Assembly (NCBI RefSeq): GCF_009914755.1
Contig: NC_060927.1
Direction: 5' to 3' (one strand)
DNA from: the human T2T-CHM13v2.0 reference genome, Homo sapiens
Length of the DNA: 64,000 nucleotides
How positions within the stretch are numbered: position 1 is the stretch's first letter; the number at the start of each line of letters is the position of its first letter. This document shows positions 1 to 13,844 of the stretch, one piece after another. A program made the translations under genes and the position numbers. Below the pieces are notes generated by a model, which saw only the letters and a program-made list of their open reading frames with translations, did no database searches and had not been told where the DNA came from.

Positions 1-951
1 ATGTGTCTAGCATGTTTCCTTTTAGGTAAACTTGGCCCAATTCATTTATAAATACATTTTCTATCACATCCTTGGAGAAGCTGATCAAAGCGGCCTCCAA
101 CTGAGTCAAGATAGACAAGGAGTCACTGTGACAATTCCCATCACACACTCTCTCTCAGGAAATTTCTGTGGCTTATTCAGGTGCTTCCACATATAGTAGA
201 AAGATATTCTTTATTAAAAGGAAGAAACAGGCATAAAATGAGAAAGCTGGTTATAGTTTCCCCAAACTCAAGATATGCTATTTTAGAATGTTTCTTTACA
301 TAGAAGGCCACTTGCCCTCACTCCTTCTTTCATTCATTCAATAAGCACTCATGAGACATCTTCTGCTCAAGGCAATGAGGATTCTATATAGCAAGGCATG
401 TTCTTGTCCTGAAAATGTTCAGCGTTGTCACACATATTTTTAGAAATAATAACCATCATAGACGGTGAATACCAGAAGAGGATTATAACTTTAGTATTAT
501 TTGCATATGCATATTTTGGCTTTGAATAATCCACTGCTATGTGTTTTGCCAACATTAACTTATATATATTTTCCATTCCCACTGTGATCTAAGTATCTAA
601 GTATCTTGACAGGAAGGAAGCTGTTTTATACTGCTTCTTGTCATGCATAACATTGTTTCCCTAAATTTTCCATAACTCACAGTAATAAACACAATTTGCA
701 CTGTGACTCAATACACACATATACACTTATAACAAAAATTTCACAAAAATATACCCACCATTACTATATCAATGCATTTTGGTGTTTTCTATTTTGTAAT
801 ACTCTATTCTAACCCATTTCATGTAAAACAAAAAACATGCAAGTCATGACCCACTAATAAGCCATAACTCTTGGTTTAAACAAAATTACTCCAAAGACTT
901 GCAAAGTATTTACGAAACATGGAGTGATACTTGGTAAACAACCACATGACG

Positions 952-1274
952 GGCCGGGCGCGGTGGCTCACGCCTGTAATCCCAGCACTTTGGGAGGCTG
1001 ACACAGGCGAATCACGAGGTCAGGAGATTGAGACCATCCTGGCTATCATGGTGAAACCCCGTCTCTACTAAAAATACAAAAAATTAGCCGGGCATGGTGG
1101 CGGGTGCCTGAAGTCTCAGCTACTCAGGAGGGTGAGGCAGGAGAATGGCGTGAACCCGGAAGGCGGAGCTTGCAGTGAGCCGAGATCGCGCCACTGCACT
1201 CCAGCCTGGGCGACAGAGTGAGACTCCGTCTCAAAGTAGATAGATAAATAAATAAATAAATAAACAAACAAACA
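952..1274 (+). mobile_element. AluY SINE with TAGA/TAAA/CAAA microsatellite-like tail
   Basis: Starts GGCCGGGCGCGGTGGCTCACG; AluY-type GGAGAATGGCGTGAACCCGG and GGCGGAGCTTGCAGTGAGCCGAGATCGCGCC; TSD AACCACATGAC at 940-950 and 1275-1285. Confidence 0.95.
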
Positions 1275-1314
1275 AACCACATGACTAAAGGTCATGTGGC
1301 ATAGGTACAGGTAT

Positions 1315-1500
1315 TGGAATCTGGAGTCTGCAATAAGACATATGTGAACTTTAATCAAGGCTCTGCCAATTACTGGACACAGAACCTTAAACAAGTATTT
1401 AACCTCTTTAAGCCTCAATGCCATTATACGGAAAGTGGTGAAAATTCACAGTACCTACCTGTTGAGACAGTACAAGAGATCATGCATACTAAGTATTTAC
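1315..1500 (+). mobile_element. MIR SINE remnant
   Basis: GGCTCTGCCA...ACAAGTATTTAACCTCTTTAAGCCTCA...GTACCTACCT resembles the MIR core. Confidence 0.65.
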
Positions 1501-3149
1501 TAAAATGAAAACCATACATTAAACACATAAGAAAATGTTAAAATTTAGGAAATCTATTCAAAGAAATGAAAACAATACTTGAGAAGAAAATTAAAAGTAC
1601 TTGGCATCGGTCAATTTTCACAAGATGTTAGGGAAGTGAACTTCAAGTCGAGATAGTGGATACTTCACAGACTATCTAAGTAAAGATATATTTCATGGGC
1701 TAGGGGAATATAAGAATGGGTTGCCAATATAGACCATTTTCTGCTGAGTTACAGAAAAGAATAGCGTCCCATTTGTTTGATGCAGATTAGATTTGGTCCA
1801 AAAAAAAAGAGGAAGATGAGGGAAAAATAAATAAGTATTTTTGAAGTTTCATCGAGTCATATGATCGTACAGATGAAGTTTGACAAATGAATCAAGAATG
1901 GATACTCAGGGAAAAATGCTTCCTAATACTGCACCGAGAAAGCTGAATCAAGTCCTGACACCTGTAGAATGACCGTAGGGCTAATTTGAATAGCACAGGT
2001 ATCACAGGGGCATTTTGGCCTCGATTATGCCCACTGTCTACACTGCCATCTGTGACATCTTTCTTGGCTGCATGGACTCACCCAAAACATAATCTAGAGC
2101 AGCCTCTCTAACATGATTCCTTAGTTTAACATCTGCCACTCAGAGGATTCTAAGACCCTTTAGCAAAGAAAGTTTAAGAGGTTCACTCCCAAACTTTCCC
2201 AGCCCATTAATCTTATTTTATCATTTCACTCACCCAAGACAGTTCTACTAACCCTAGAGTCAGCTGGTGGAGGACAGATGTCCACAGGGTGCCCAAGGGA
2301 CTAAGAGACTTGACTTCTACAGGACATTTTTTACACAGTCTCTAGAAAGCTATGGTAAATCAACTTAATAATCATGTATCCTCAAATGCGGAGAGGGCAC
2401 CATTGTAGTTCATATCCCCTGAATCTTAAGGCAGCTAAAAGGTGAGGGGAAAAGAAATCACTGTCTGAATACATGATACTGGAGCTTGTTATAGAGAAGA
2501 GCAACGACAAGAATGACTTCAATGAAGTGTGACCCACTTATCCACAAGACACTGATATGCAAGCATTGGCCTTATGGACCTGCCAACAATGTTAGAGAAC
2601 AAATAAAAGAACAGAAAGAATATAGTTCCACCACATCCACTGAATTAAACAGGCAAATGGTGAGGATTCAGCATGGAGCTATATGATGCATAAGTAATCA
2701 GAGATAGAGACTATATGTCCATTCAGCTGGAAACAGATTCCGGCTGCTACTTAAAATACCAGCAGGAGTGTCGATCTACCATGCCATCAATATTTTTTTC
2801 AAAATGCTCAGGCAGCCAGATAAATCACTCTGTAGCTTCCCCCTGCTACCTATGGATTGACAGTATTTATAAACAGATGTGTTAACCTCCTCAGAGTCCA
2901 AGGAAATGTTCCTACCGCACTGAAGAGCTTTTACAGTTCATATATCAAGCAAAGGGGACAGAGCGGTCTTTTTTGTTCACATGCCAGTGTTTCTAGCATC
3001 TGGGTTATAGCAAGAGCCAATAATCCCTTTTGTGTAGCCAGTGGTAGCAAGTGGCAAAATACTTTATCCCTGCCATAATACAAAGGATCTCCAAGCAGGT
3101 TTTAGCTTCTCCCTTCTAGTTATTTGCAATGGTAGAATGAAGAAAACAC

Positions 3150-3550
3150 ATTTTATCATGTCTCAAAGGTCCTTTACAATCTGAGCCCTGACTCGCTTTC
3201 CATCAACTGATGTCCTCACCTAGCAGTCCACTCCAAGGACACACAAAATGAGTCACTGTGCCCTGAGTAGACTGTGTTCTACAGTATCATGGAATCTGTG
3301 CATGACCTAGTGAGAGCTCTGCTGGAATGCCATACATTCTTCTCTTATCCACAAGGAGGGCGCCCACTTATTTTCATACCCTAATTTAAACATCACCTAG
3401 TCTCTAAACCCTTACCTTACTCCTCCAGGCAGAATTCACAGCCTTGTTTGTACACATTCTAGACTGCAAACTCTTTGAGGACCGGACACACCTCCCAGAG
3501 AGTTTACTCAGCACAGTGTCTGGCATATAGTAAGTTCACAATGAAGGACT
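3150..3550 (+). mobile_element. L2 LINE 3' remnant
   Basis: CTAGACTGCAAACTCTTTGAGG...CAGCACAGTGTCTGGCATATAGTAAG matches the L2 3' end. Confidence 0.6.
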
Positions 3551-6500
3551 CAGATGAAGAATTTTTAGGTAAATGCCATTGTCTCCTCTTACCAAAAACA
3601 GAGTAAGGGGACTGGGGAGTTTACAGGAAGAAAAATGGAGGTAGAGGAACATCCATCTGGCTGAACACCAATGGGCATGCCAGGGAAGGGAAGGTTTTTT
3701 CTTTCTTTTGTTGCAGTTGGGTTATGCTTGAAAGTGGCTACCATCAGGTAATAAAGCAACAATTTTCAATGTCAGAGTTCCTAATTATGACCTAAGAATG
3801 GGCTTTCACAGATCTCTTTCTGCCCTCATCCTAGATTTATATGCAGATCCGCAGTTTTCATCATATTTTCAGAAATGTTCAAAGCTTAGAAAAGATTACA
3901 GACTACTGTCCAATTTTTTTTAATGTGGACATGCCAAGAAAGCACTGTTTTAAGGTTTTAATGCTACTCCATCGTGTTGATGATATTTAAGAGAATAAAA
4001 GTGACAGAGAAAAACATCTATAAATTGCTTTGATACAACACTTTACTCAATGTAAAGTTACATTCCTATGCCTTTGTATATATTTTTTCACTTATCACAA
4101 AAATATATAAGAAGTCAATAAGTGTTTGTTAAATGCTTGCTTTGTGTCCTACAATGTCATACCTACATTTGGGATGCTTGTACTCAGATAAGTCCACACA
4201 ATTATTTAGGAAATAGGAAAGAGAATCCACAATACTTGTAAAATTTGGTGGTTCACATAATGAATGCTGTAGGAGCCAGATGTGGAGCTGACCAAGGACA
4301 GGGAAGGTTTCTCAGAAGACCTTGAGAAGGGTACCTTCTGCCCACAAGGGTCCTATGGAATAGTAGTGTTTCAACCAGGAAGCAATGTGATAACCAGATA
4401 TTGAGCTTAAATCAGAAAGCCTAAGTTTTAGGCCCAGTGTTGCTGCTTACTGGCCATGTAGCCTTGGGCCATTTATTTTTCTGTGCCTCAGTTTCCCCAG
4501 AAGTCCCATGAGAATAATGTCTTTCCCTTTCCTCTCTCCATGACATGTTTGCTGGGCTCCAACAAGATAGAGCAGGTGAAAAGCATTTTCCAAGTTACAA
4601 GCCACTATACTGTTGCATGTAAAGATGCTGCTGGAAGTGGTCAACACAAGTACACAGAATCATCTGTGACGAAGAATACATCATTTCCTTCAGTCTGTTT
4701 TAGTTTTGTTGTCCTGTCTGTCCACAATCCAATGTAAGGTTCTTTGTGTTCATTTAATAACATTTCTTGTCAAATTTCTCATACATAAAGTTTTATGTAC
4801 AAGCAGCACAACAACTGCCATCTGGCTGCTACGATTATTTTCAGAAAGGGGCGAGTGAAAGAACAGAAACTTCATTCTAGCCAAAACTAAGCAGGCTTTC
4901 TTGTTAAGGACTCTCCCAGAGGTGGAAAATTTCAGCATTCACATCATTTTTTCCTTTCAAAGCCTCTCTCCCCTGAGCCCTCTGCAGCTTGTCCACGGTA
5001 CACAATTCGGAATCACCCAACCACTTAGGACACTGGGATCTGGAGGCAGCAGCAAATGTATTTCACATTCAAGAGGAGAAACATTAGCAAGGACAACATT
5101 TAATATGCTGTGTGCCGCAAGGATCAGGGGCTTAGACTTTCCATTTCAGCTTCACTAGTTAGACTGCAATCTGAACAAGAGTGTGCAGTGAGGCAGTGTG
5201 TTTGGCCCTCATCTGTGCCAAGCAGCAGTTTTATCATCAGTAAGGAAGCATTAAGTGAACCCCAGGGATAGCATATGTACTGTATTTAGAGGAAGGGGTG
5301 AACATCGATCAATGCTGTGTAATTTAAAAGGTTTTCATGCTGTTCATGGGAAGCTATATAAGCTTAGATTCCTTTGTCCCAGTTAAAGAGAAAATGGTTC
5401 TAGTAAAGAAAGATGGATTTAAAATAGTGGTTACCCATGGAGTGAACCTAAGTGATAAAAGAAGACAGATAGGATAATGGACATCGACCAGCACATTAGA
5501 GGATGCACATATTATTTCATATTTGCAGAAGTGCACACTTTGGGAATTCTGAGCTAGACACTCATTCAAATGAATCTTTTTATTGCTTTTGATTACACAA
5601 TCTTTTAGTCCCTCCTTGTCAGTTCCCAGTTGTCTCCTATTAGAGAATTACAATCAGTCTTTATGCCAGAAAAGCATAAACTTGAGGGGAGAGAAAGGAC
5701 AAACAGAATGGGGTGGATGATAAGGAAAAGGAGATATATGAGTCAAGATTTCATTATGCAAGTTAAATTTACACTCCTGTCCCAGGAATAAATAAACATA
5801 AACAAGGATTGCAGACCCTCCTCATATACAAAAGATTGTAACTTCATTCAACCCTACAGTCTAGCTGTCTGATTTACCCTGAATTTGTTCATCAGCTCCC
5901 TGCTACCAGGCTTGTGTCTCAGCTGTCACCACAGCACCTACCGGTATCTTATCATTCCTTCACAATCCAACTCAAGTGCTATCTTTTCAAAGAGCTTCTC
6001 ATATTCTACTACTTGGAATGAATCTCTCTAGCAAATTGCTGTAAAGTACAGTTTAGCACTTAACACAATGTATTTGGTTTAGGATTGTTATTTATGTGCG
6101 TGTTAAGTTGCCCTCTCCACCACCAGCACCACATTATGAGCTGTGAGGCCAGGCACTGTGCCCTAACCATCTGGAGTTCCCAGCGGTGCTTGGCCCACTA
6201 TTAGTACACTGTGTGCATGTGTTATGCTCATGCAAATACAGGCAGTGCACAACCTGGAGTCCTGCAATTGTGACCAACACATACATAAGACTGACTCAAC
6301 AATCACCACTCCTCTTCTGCCTTTCAAGAAGGGTTGCTGCGCTCTCAGCTGCCTGCCACCCAATTCCATGATGCTTGAGTTGCTTGAACTCAAATCTTGT
6401 GAGTTTTGTCAGTAACTTTTTTTAGAGGATTGCCTAAGCTAAAATCCATGCAAATAGAACAAATATAAATGACACTTATTCTCACCTTTAATTTGTAGTT

Positions 6501-6609
6501 GTGGTGAAATCCACAACCTTTAAAATTTGACAAAAGCCTTTGATATTAGGCTTAGAGATATTTATAAAGTTTACCTAGTACATGAATTTCTCTAGGAAAT
6601 TCATATATA

Positions 6610-6805
6610 GTAACTTATATAACCCTCATAACAACCCCATGTGGTAATATTATTGCTCCCACTTTAAAGATAATGCAAACTAAGGCATTTAATACAAATA
6701 TAAACTAAGGCAAGTTTAAGGAACTTGCTTCTCACTGCTTAAGTAGTGGAGCCAGGCTTTGAATCTTGGAAATCTGGCCCCAGAGTCTATGTTTTTAACC
6801 AATGC
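6610..6805 (-). mobile_element. MIR SINE remnant
   Basis: CCTCATAACAACCCCATG...GGAGCCAGGCTTTGAATC resembles the reverse complement of MIR. Confidence 0.6.
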
Positions 6806-7429
6806 AGAGTGCTCAGTTGGAGGAGTCAAGTTCTCTGAATCTCTAATACCAATACAGGAAAAACTGTAGTTTACTTGACATTGTGTATGATGTTAAAGCT
6901 GAGGTCAGGACCTGGGAGTTAAAAACTAGACATGGTGGATCCTGCTTTTTTGCAGTATATCCAGACCAAGCTTAATGGCTAGATGTTGATTCAGCTTCCA
7001 ATTGCTTCCAGTTATTTGTAGGATTGAGGGGTAATTATAAAAATAATATAGAATTGTTTACTTGAATATTAATGTGTATTTTTGAATAAAAATGAAATTT
7101 TAACTATTTACCAGAAAACATACTATACATAAAGATGCTTTTCTAACACCCAAGAATAAACTGGATTAAAGTTCAAACACTCCCCAGAGTTTTTAGTAAA
7201 AAAAAAAATTACTTTTCCCAAAAAGATACTGAGTTCTCCTAAGGAATTATTTAATAGATTAATGCTAGATCTAAGATTCAGATTAAAGTCTTTCTGTTAT
7301 TAGAAATTACCTTGCATTTTCCCTTAAGCAATATGGAGAGGGTACATCGTCCCCTCTCTGGGGCCTGATTTGCACAGGATTCCTATGTAGTTCTTTCTAT
7401 GGGTCCTGCGCCTCACCCACCTTGGCCAC

Positions 7430-7725
7430 TCCCCTTCCTAGACCCTTTCCTCATCAAATCCTCCTTGTTCTTCAAAACTTGTCTCAAGCACCTTCTCCCT
7501 GACCATCAGCGCACCTGAGATGGAACTTTTCAGAGCTCCTATAGCACCTTGTTCACACCTCAGTCATCAGCAATCATCACATTCAACTAAAAAAACCCAA
7601 AACTTACAGCCTTCCTCTGAGACCATGAGCTCCTGGGAGCAGGTGCAACCTGCTTATTCAGCCACGTCGTATTCAGGTTTCATTACCAGCATCTAATACA
7701 GGGCCTGGTGCATAGTAGACATTTG
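7430..7725 (+). mobile_element. L2 LINE 3' remnant
   Basis: GACCATGAGCTCCTG...CCAGCATCTAATACAGGGCCTGGTGCATAGTAG is an L2 3' motif. Confidence 0.55.
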
Positions 7726-7727
7726 TT

Positions 7728-8560
7728 CCTTCATCCAAAACATCTGTATTGAGTAGCTAATGTGTCCCAGGCCATATGCTGGACTAGGTATATCATGGTA
7801 AACAAAAGCATGATGATTCCTGCCCTCATGGAGCTCATAAACTAGCAGGAGAAACATATCAACCAAACAGTCACACTACATTGAACTGATATCAAAATAC
7901 AACCAGGATGACTGTTATGATGGGAAGTACTCAGAGATTATAATAAAGGAAAATGAAATCAAATAAAGAGAAAATGTTTTAGGGGAAAATGTCATGTTGG
8001 GTTTCCCTGAGCAAGTGGCTATTGAGCTGAGTTCTGAAGGATGAGTGAGGAAGAATGTTCCAGGAGAGTAGCACCTGAGGCAAAGGTTTTTTGAGTGGGA
8101 GAGAGGATGGCCTAAGTGTTCTGAGACAGTTATGGAAAACAGAGCAGAGAGAGCAATGAGGAGAATATGAGAACAGACAGCAGAGAGATGGCAGAGACCA
8201 CACCCTGCACAAGGCCTGCAGGACCAAGAATTTTCTTCTTTATCCTGAGGGCACTGGGAAATGCAAAAATAATCAATTTATGTTTCAAGATGATTTCTCT
8301 CCTATAGTGTGGACAGAGACAAGACGGATGGCTAATGAGGTGGTACACTAGGATATGATACTTGTCCTGAACCTGCCTTTGTCCAACAAGTTCAAAGGTT
8401 CTAAGGCTGGTTTGAGGAGTTGAAAGACCAGTATAGAAAGCAGTGAATGAGAGAGTGGGCAGAATACACTAGAGTAGGTAGCAAAGCAAGAAGACCCCAG
8501 ATCATCCTGGGCCTTGTAAACCATATTATGGACTTTAGATTTTACCGTAATTGCAGAAGA
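7728..8560 (-). mobile_element. L2 LINE remnant (antisense, fragmented)
   Basis: TATTGAGTAGCTAATGTGTCCCAGGC...CCTGCCCTCATGGAGCTCA...TTGAGCTGAGTTCTGAAGGATGAG is typical reverse-strand L2. Confidence 0.7.
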
Positions 8561-10787
8561 ACGTTAACATCAACTCTGATATACCTATAGTCTCTTAGTT
8601 TAATCTAGAGACCAGTGGGGTGGAGGGCAGGGGTTTTCAAGAAAATACTGCCTAACAAATTTTCTCTCATCTCTTTATACATAATGGTTCTTGGACTTGG
8701 AAAAAAGGCAGGGAGACCTCACTGTTTTACTGGTTCATCTGACATCAAAATCTTGATAGCACCTATTTTAAACAAGCTCATCTATGGAGTCTCTAAAGAA
8801 AACTTTTCTATACCTGTTTCAAATGATGTCCCAAAGCAGCCTAGATCCTGGAATTTTTATTAACATCTACAATAATTTTTAGATAGCACATCCCCTGCTA
8901 ATAAAACTCCTCTCCAAACTTGGCCCCAGAAACAAACCACATCATTAGTCAGGCAAGATTTCCAAAATGCCCACTCTGTACAGAGCACACATTTTGTCTC
9001 TCGAGTCAGGTAAATAAGCTATATTGCTCACACATTGCTAAAACTCAAATCCACACAGGCAATGAGCATAACAATAGAATTTGCCTGCCTTTCCCACTGC
9101 TGTTTTGAGGGAAAATAAGATTGATTTGCCATAGAGGGTCTACTTTTCATTCAGAGGGTACTCTATGGGTCAAAGAAAATATTTCATTACACTATCATGT
9201 CCTCAAGATCATTCTGTGTTTCTGATTACAACAGTCTTTCCTGATGTGTAGCAGGAATTCTGTAAGTTTTCCCTTGGGAAGACTCTTCACAGCAGCCACT
9301 GGCTCTCTTACTGACTCAAAGGGAATCTTGCTGTTGATTTTTATGGCTACAAAAAACTTGACATAACCTTCCTACTTCAGCTCTGCTCTGACATGTTGAC
9401 AGATTCATTAGCTGGACATGCCAAATTATCATAATTTAGGAAGCATAAAATATATGCCTAAATGAAGGCAAAGCCAACTAAAAATAGCCTTCTAATCAGC
9501 TTTTAGAGGGGGTGTGGGTCAAAAGATCAGCAAACCTGCTAATGATTCACGTTTCAACATCTTGCCAACAAGATACTTTAATTGACCAGTTTCCAGCTGT
9601 TCTGCCCAGCAAACACTGCATGTGGTTCTAAAGAATAGAACTGAATCTCAGCCACGGCCCTGCATACTTAAGATTAGGAGACAGCTCTGCATGCACCTCC
9701 TCTTGATGCAAAAAAATTTAGACCCCCTACAGAATCCTATATGGAAGGAAGAGCTGGAAAAAAAAATGTGTTCACGGCCTGACGAGCAGGTAGCAAAATA
9801 TTGATTTTAGCTTCTTAAAACAAGTAAAATATGTGGGCTTGGGAAAGAACTACATGTGGGAGAGGGAATCATATCTCATAAGATGAGAGGTGATAAAAGG
9901 AAAGCAAATTGAGAGAGGGAAAAGGCCAGCAGCTTCCTCACTGCAAGCTCTGAGGCTGTCAGGTGTCGTGGTTTAGCTGAGTTGGGTGGGAAGTTTCTTG
10001 GGGCTGTAGCTAGGAATCTCACAGCGCTGAGAGCTTCCTGTTCCCAGGTGCATATTAGAGATAAGCATGTGGCCCAGCAAGCAACCAAGGTGCCTGGAAT
10101 CTCCTGGCGCCCTGTGTTCTAATACTGGTCTTCGTGTTCTCTGTGTTTCAGATCGTATAAAAGAGGCACGAAATCTGCTGATCTCAGTAGAAAGCCCCTG
10201 AAAGGAAAATGGGACCTAATGAAAATCTGTGCTCTCTGCAAAAGGCGCAGCCTGCTGGAGGTGGGAGGAGCCTTGGACTGAGACCTTGGGATGACAGTGA
10301 ATTATTTAGCTTCTCTGAGCCTCAGGCATTACTCTTAAGGTAGGGGCAATGATGCCTGCTCTGGGCTACTGCGAAAAACAGAAGGTATGAAAGTGCTTTG
10401 AAAATGTGATGTGCCATAAAGAGAAGACATGATTAACGTGAGCCTGGCACTGTGTACTTGGTGGAGCTTCAAGAAGGACAAATGAATCAAATAACAAGAG
10501 ACCAGCCTTTGCAAGCATTCACCCAAGGTGGTAAATGGAGAGTTAACCTAACAGCTTTCAATATGGCCTCTGGCTGCTTAGAGAACAAACTGTTGTTGGA
10601 CATAACTGAATATTTATGGGCAGGGCACTCCTGATTCTTCCCACAGTCCAAATATCCTCCAGTAAGGAAGAGACCTCAGGAGAGTTGTATCTCTAAGGAG
10701 GTCTTATGTTTGATAGATTTATTGGTTCGTTGGTTGTTGTGTGTTTGTTTTTAACATTAAAGAAAGGTGATCACAGACTTTCCATAG

Positions 10788-10955
10788 AACAGCTTCTCAA
10801 ACTGGAATGGGCACACGAATTACCCAGAGAACTTGTTAAAATATAGATTCTGATTCTGCAGGTCTGGGGTGGGGCTGACATTCTATCTTTCTGACAAGCT
10901 CCAGGGTGATGACCATTCTGCAGGTCCACAGACTATGCTTGAAGTAGCTCAACTG
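10788..10955. mobile_element. MER5-family hAT-Charlie MITE
   Basis: CTTCTCAAACT...CTTGTTAAAATATAGATTCTGATTC...GGTCTGGGGTGGGGCT...ACAAGCTCCAGGGTGAT. Confidence 0.7.
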
Positions 10956-13329
10956 TAAAAGGACATTTGAGAGAAGCCTAGAATAATCTAAGATATTGAG
11001 TAGTTTAAGAATAGAAAGGACCGTAATTTAAAACTCTAAATCTCTGTATGAAGACAGTGAGCCCTAGGATTAGCTGACTTGTTCAGCATCAGCAGATCTT
11101 TCACTGCCCACAAAATCAGCCCTCCACCAGTCTTTCTATCATGCACACGGCCCTTTTTCCCTCAGCCTTATTTCCCTGTCTTTCTTTCTGCTCCTCTTGA
11201 AAGTAAAGGAGGGAGGAAGGAAGAAATTAATATGAATGTGGCACATAAAATATATCCTAGCTATGAATTATGGAAAATCTCTTACCTAAGGAGATAAAGG
11301 AAGCAAAGAGGATAAGTTTCTGGGGGGAGGGGGGTAGCTAACCACATCCCAGTACTTAATGTCCCACAGTGGTATTCAACTTAATGTGATGAGTGCTTTG
11401 TTTCTAAGGGTAGTCTCTGGTGCCTATGCACAGACCAGTAGACAAAGCTAAACCCCCATTTTAGTCTGCATTACCTATAAGAGGGCATATTTCCCGAAGC
11501 ACCAGATACCTAACTCACTCGTCTCATTAGGGCCCTCAGAAGAAAAATCTCTAAATCCAAGGAAGGGGGAAATAAAAGTAAAACATTTGAAACTGAAGAT
11601 TATCTCCTTCTATTCTTGGACTATCTTCTAAAAGGGAAACGAGGGAAAAGTACAATTGAACTTCAGCTCTGCTCCCAATCACACAAATTTATGTCATGTT
11701 TTAAAAGCTTCATTAAAGTTTCAGTTTCTTTTGATGCCAATTCTCTAACCAGAAGCATTAAATTGGGAATCATTTATTTGCATTATCTCTTTCTGTCTCA
11801 CGGGGTTTCACTTAAGAATATGAACTAAACCAAAGGGAAGGAAACTGAAAAAGTAAAAAGAATTGCTTTTGAAAAAAACTATTAAAACTCGGCAAATACT
11901 CCAGGATAAACACACGATTTGCTGTTTTAGAGATTTGCTACGTTTCTGCCCACAATTTGACTGCAAATGGAGTATTTGAGAAAAAGTTTGGCTCCAAATA
12001 AGGTTTAACACATACAAGGAAATATTTGTTCCCTAGTGCTTCTATTATGCCAGTAAATATTGAATAGCAATGGGTACACTTCACACCATGAAAATTTTCC
12101 ACTTCAGTCAGCACTGTACTCAGGGCCTTTCCCAGTTTCAGCATTAAAGTTTCACAAGAAAATGTGCCAACAATGATTGTGCTGCTGGAACTCCACAGAA
12201 CTCTCCTAGGTTATTTGTATTTCATTATTAATATGTATTTGTAAACACCCTTGCTAAGATCAGAGCCCTAGCATAATTAAGATCAAAATACCCTAGCCTT
12301 ATTTGGGCACAACCCCCTTTCACTGGGGACTTTCTACACAAGATAAATAATGAGATAGATTTAAGGGTTCAGAATGTTTTTGTTAGACCTAAACAGCTTC
12401 TTTCAGTTTGCTGAGGTGCCATTAACTAAATAACCACCTACAGAGATCAGTGTGATACCTACGAGCCCACAGCATTAATGTAACCTTAAAGATTTACCCT
12501 CCTCCCCAGAAGTGGGATTTCTTATTTATTAGTTCTTATAATAAATAAAAAATTGCACTGGTCACAACATTTATTCAACAGATTAAGAAACAATGTTAGA
12601 TCATATATAGAGAGTGAAATCAGAAGAGATGTGCATTCGTATTGCAATACAGATACGTAGTCATTAAGTCTTATTTCTCCATGGGTTACCAGGCACCCTA
12701 GGAGACTAAAGAGGTGTGCGAAGAGGAGAGGGAAGTATGGTAGGTACGAGCCCTCATGATAGAAGACATTCAGGCTGTGCACCCAAATGAACCTTCCTAT
12801 TAGCAGTCACTGGCTTGGAGCCCATCAACCAGTTTCTGCTACATCTTCACCCACGTATCTAATCATTCTCATACATCTTCTCATCTTCTGTCCTCTCTGC
12901 CGAACTCTTCTTCTGGGCACATTTGACAAAACACATTTAACACCCGACAAAACACATTTAACAGCCCTAATAATCCAAAGAAATGAAAAAAAGCATTGGG
13001 ATTGGTAGACACAATAAGCAGAAAGTTGAGGTCATCTCAGGGTATTTGGAGGATGTAAAGGGCTGTAACAAATAGAAAAACAAGAATGATAGAAATTTTC
13101 CAGGAACTACTGGCTACTGTGTGCCACAGTACAAATGGGGCAGCACTTCTTTCCAAGTTGTGAAACTAGGACAAGAAAAGAACTAAAGTGAAAAAAAATT
13201 TTCTTCCTATATTGAGTAACTGCCACCCAAAAATTGCTAAAGTAGCCTCGTAATGTCCTGAGTGACAAATAGACATCACCTAGATCTGTAAAAAGATAGG
13301 GCAGGTCAATGGACATATATACCTTATCT

Positions 13330-13680
13330 AAGAATCTACTAGTTGAAAAAAGGAAGACACAATATCTTGAAGACATCAGCTTTTCTCAAATTAATCTTTA
13401 GGTTCTATATGATTCTAATTGAAACATCAACAGAGTTATTCATGAAATATGACAGACCATTATAAAATGTATATAAAAGTATAAACATTAAAGAATAGCT
13501 CTGAATGTCATGAAGAAGAATGAAGTGGAGGAATTGTTTTAGACAGAAAAGCTTAACATAAAGCCATAGTAATAAAAACAATGTGGTACTGCTGCTGTAG
13601 GGATGACAAATAGACCAATAAAATAGAATAAAGAGTACATAAACACCCAGAACATATGAAAACAACATCTAATAATGATA
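13330..13680 (+). mobile_element. Ancient L1M ORF2 fragment
   Basis: AAAGCCATAGTAATAAAAACAATGTGGTACTG...ATAGACCAATAAAATAGAATA, degenerate KT(V)WYW...IDQWNR ORF2 motif. Confidence 0.65.
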
Positions 13681-13844
13681 GTCAATATTAAAGTATATTT
13701 ATCCAATAACATAATGCTAAAGAGCATAAACTCTGGAACCAGAATGTCTTTGTACAAATCTCAGTTCTGCTACTCACTAGCCATGCCTCAGTTTGCTCAT
13801 CTGCAAAATAATATGAAAATAATTTGTATCTCATAAATAAAATA

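Noticed and set aside
1116-1424. Alu-overlapping ORFs (also 16714, 35297, 38352, 39438, 39509, 42262, 54015)
   Set aside because: The peptides (AQAGVQW..., [11 protein letters not shown]...) are standard Alu translations, not genes.
3349-3365. CCACAAGGAGGGCGC as a CTCF site
   Set aside because: Spacing is off by one base from the consensus and it lies within a decayed L2.
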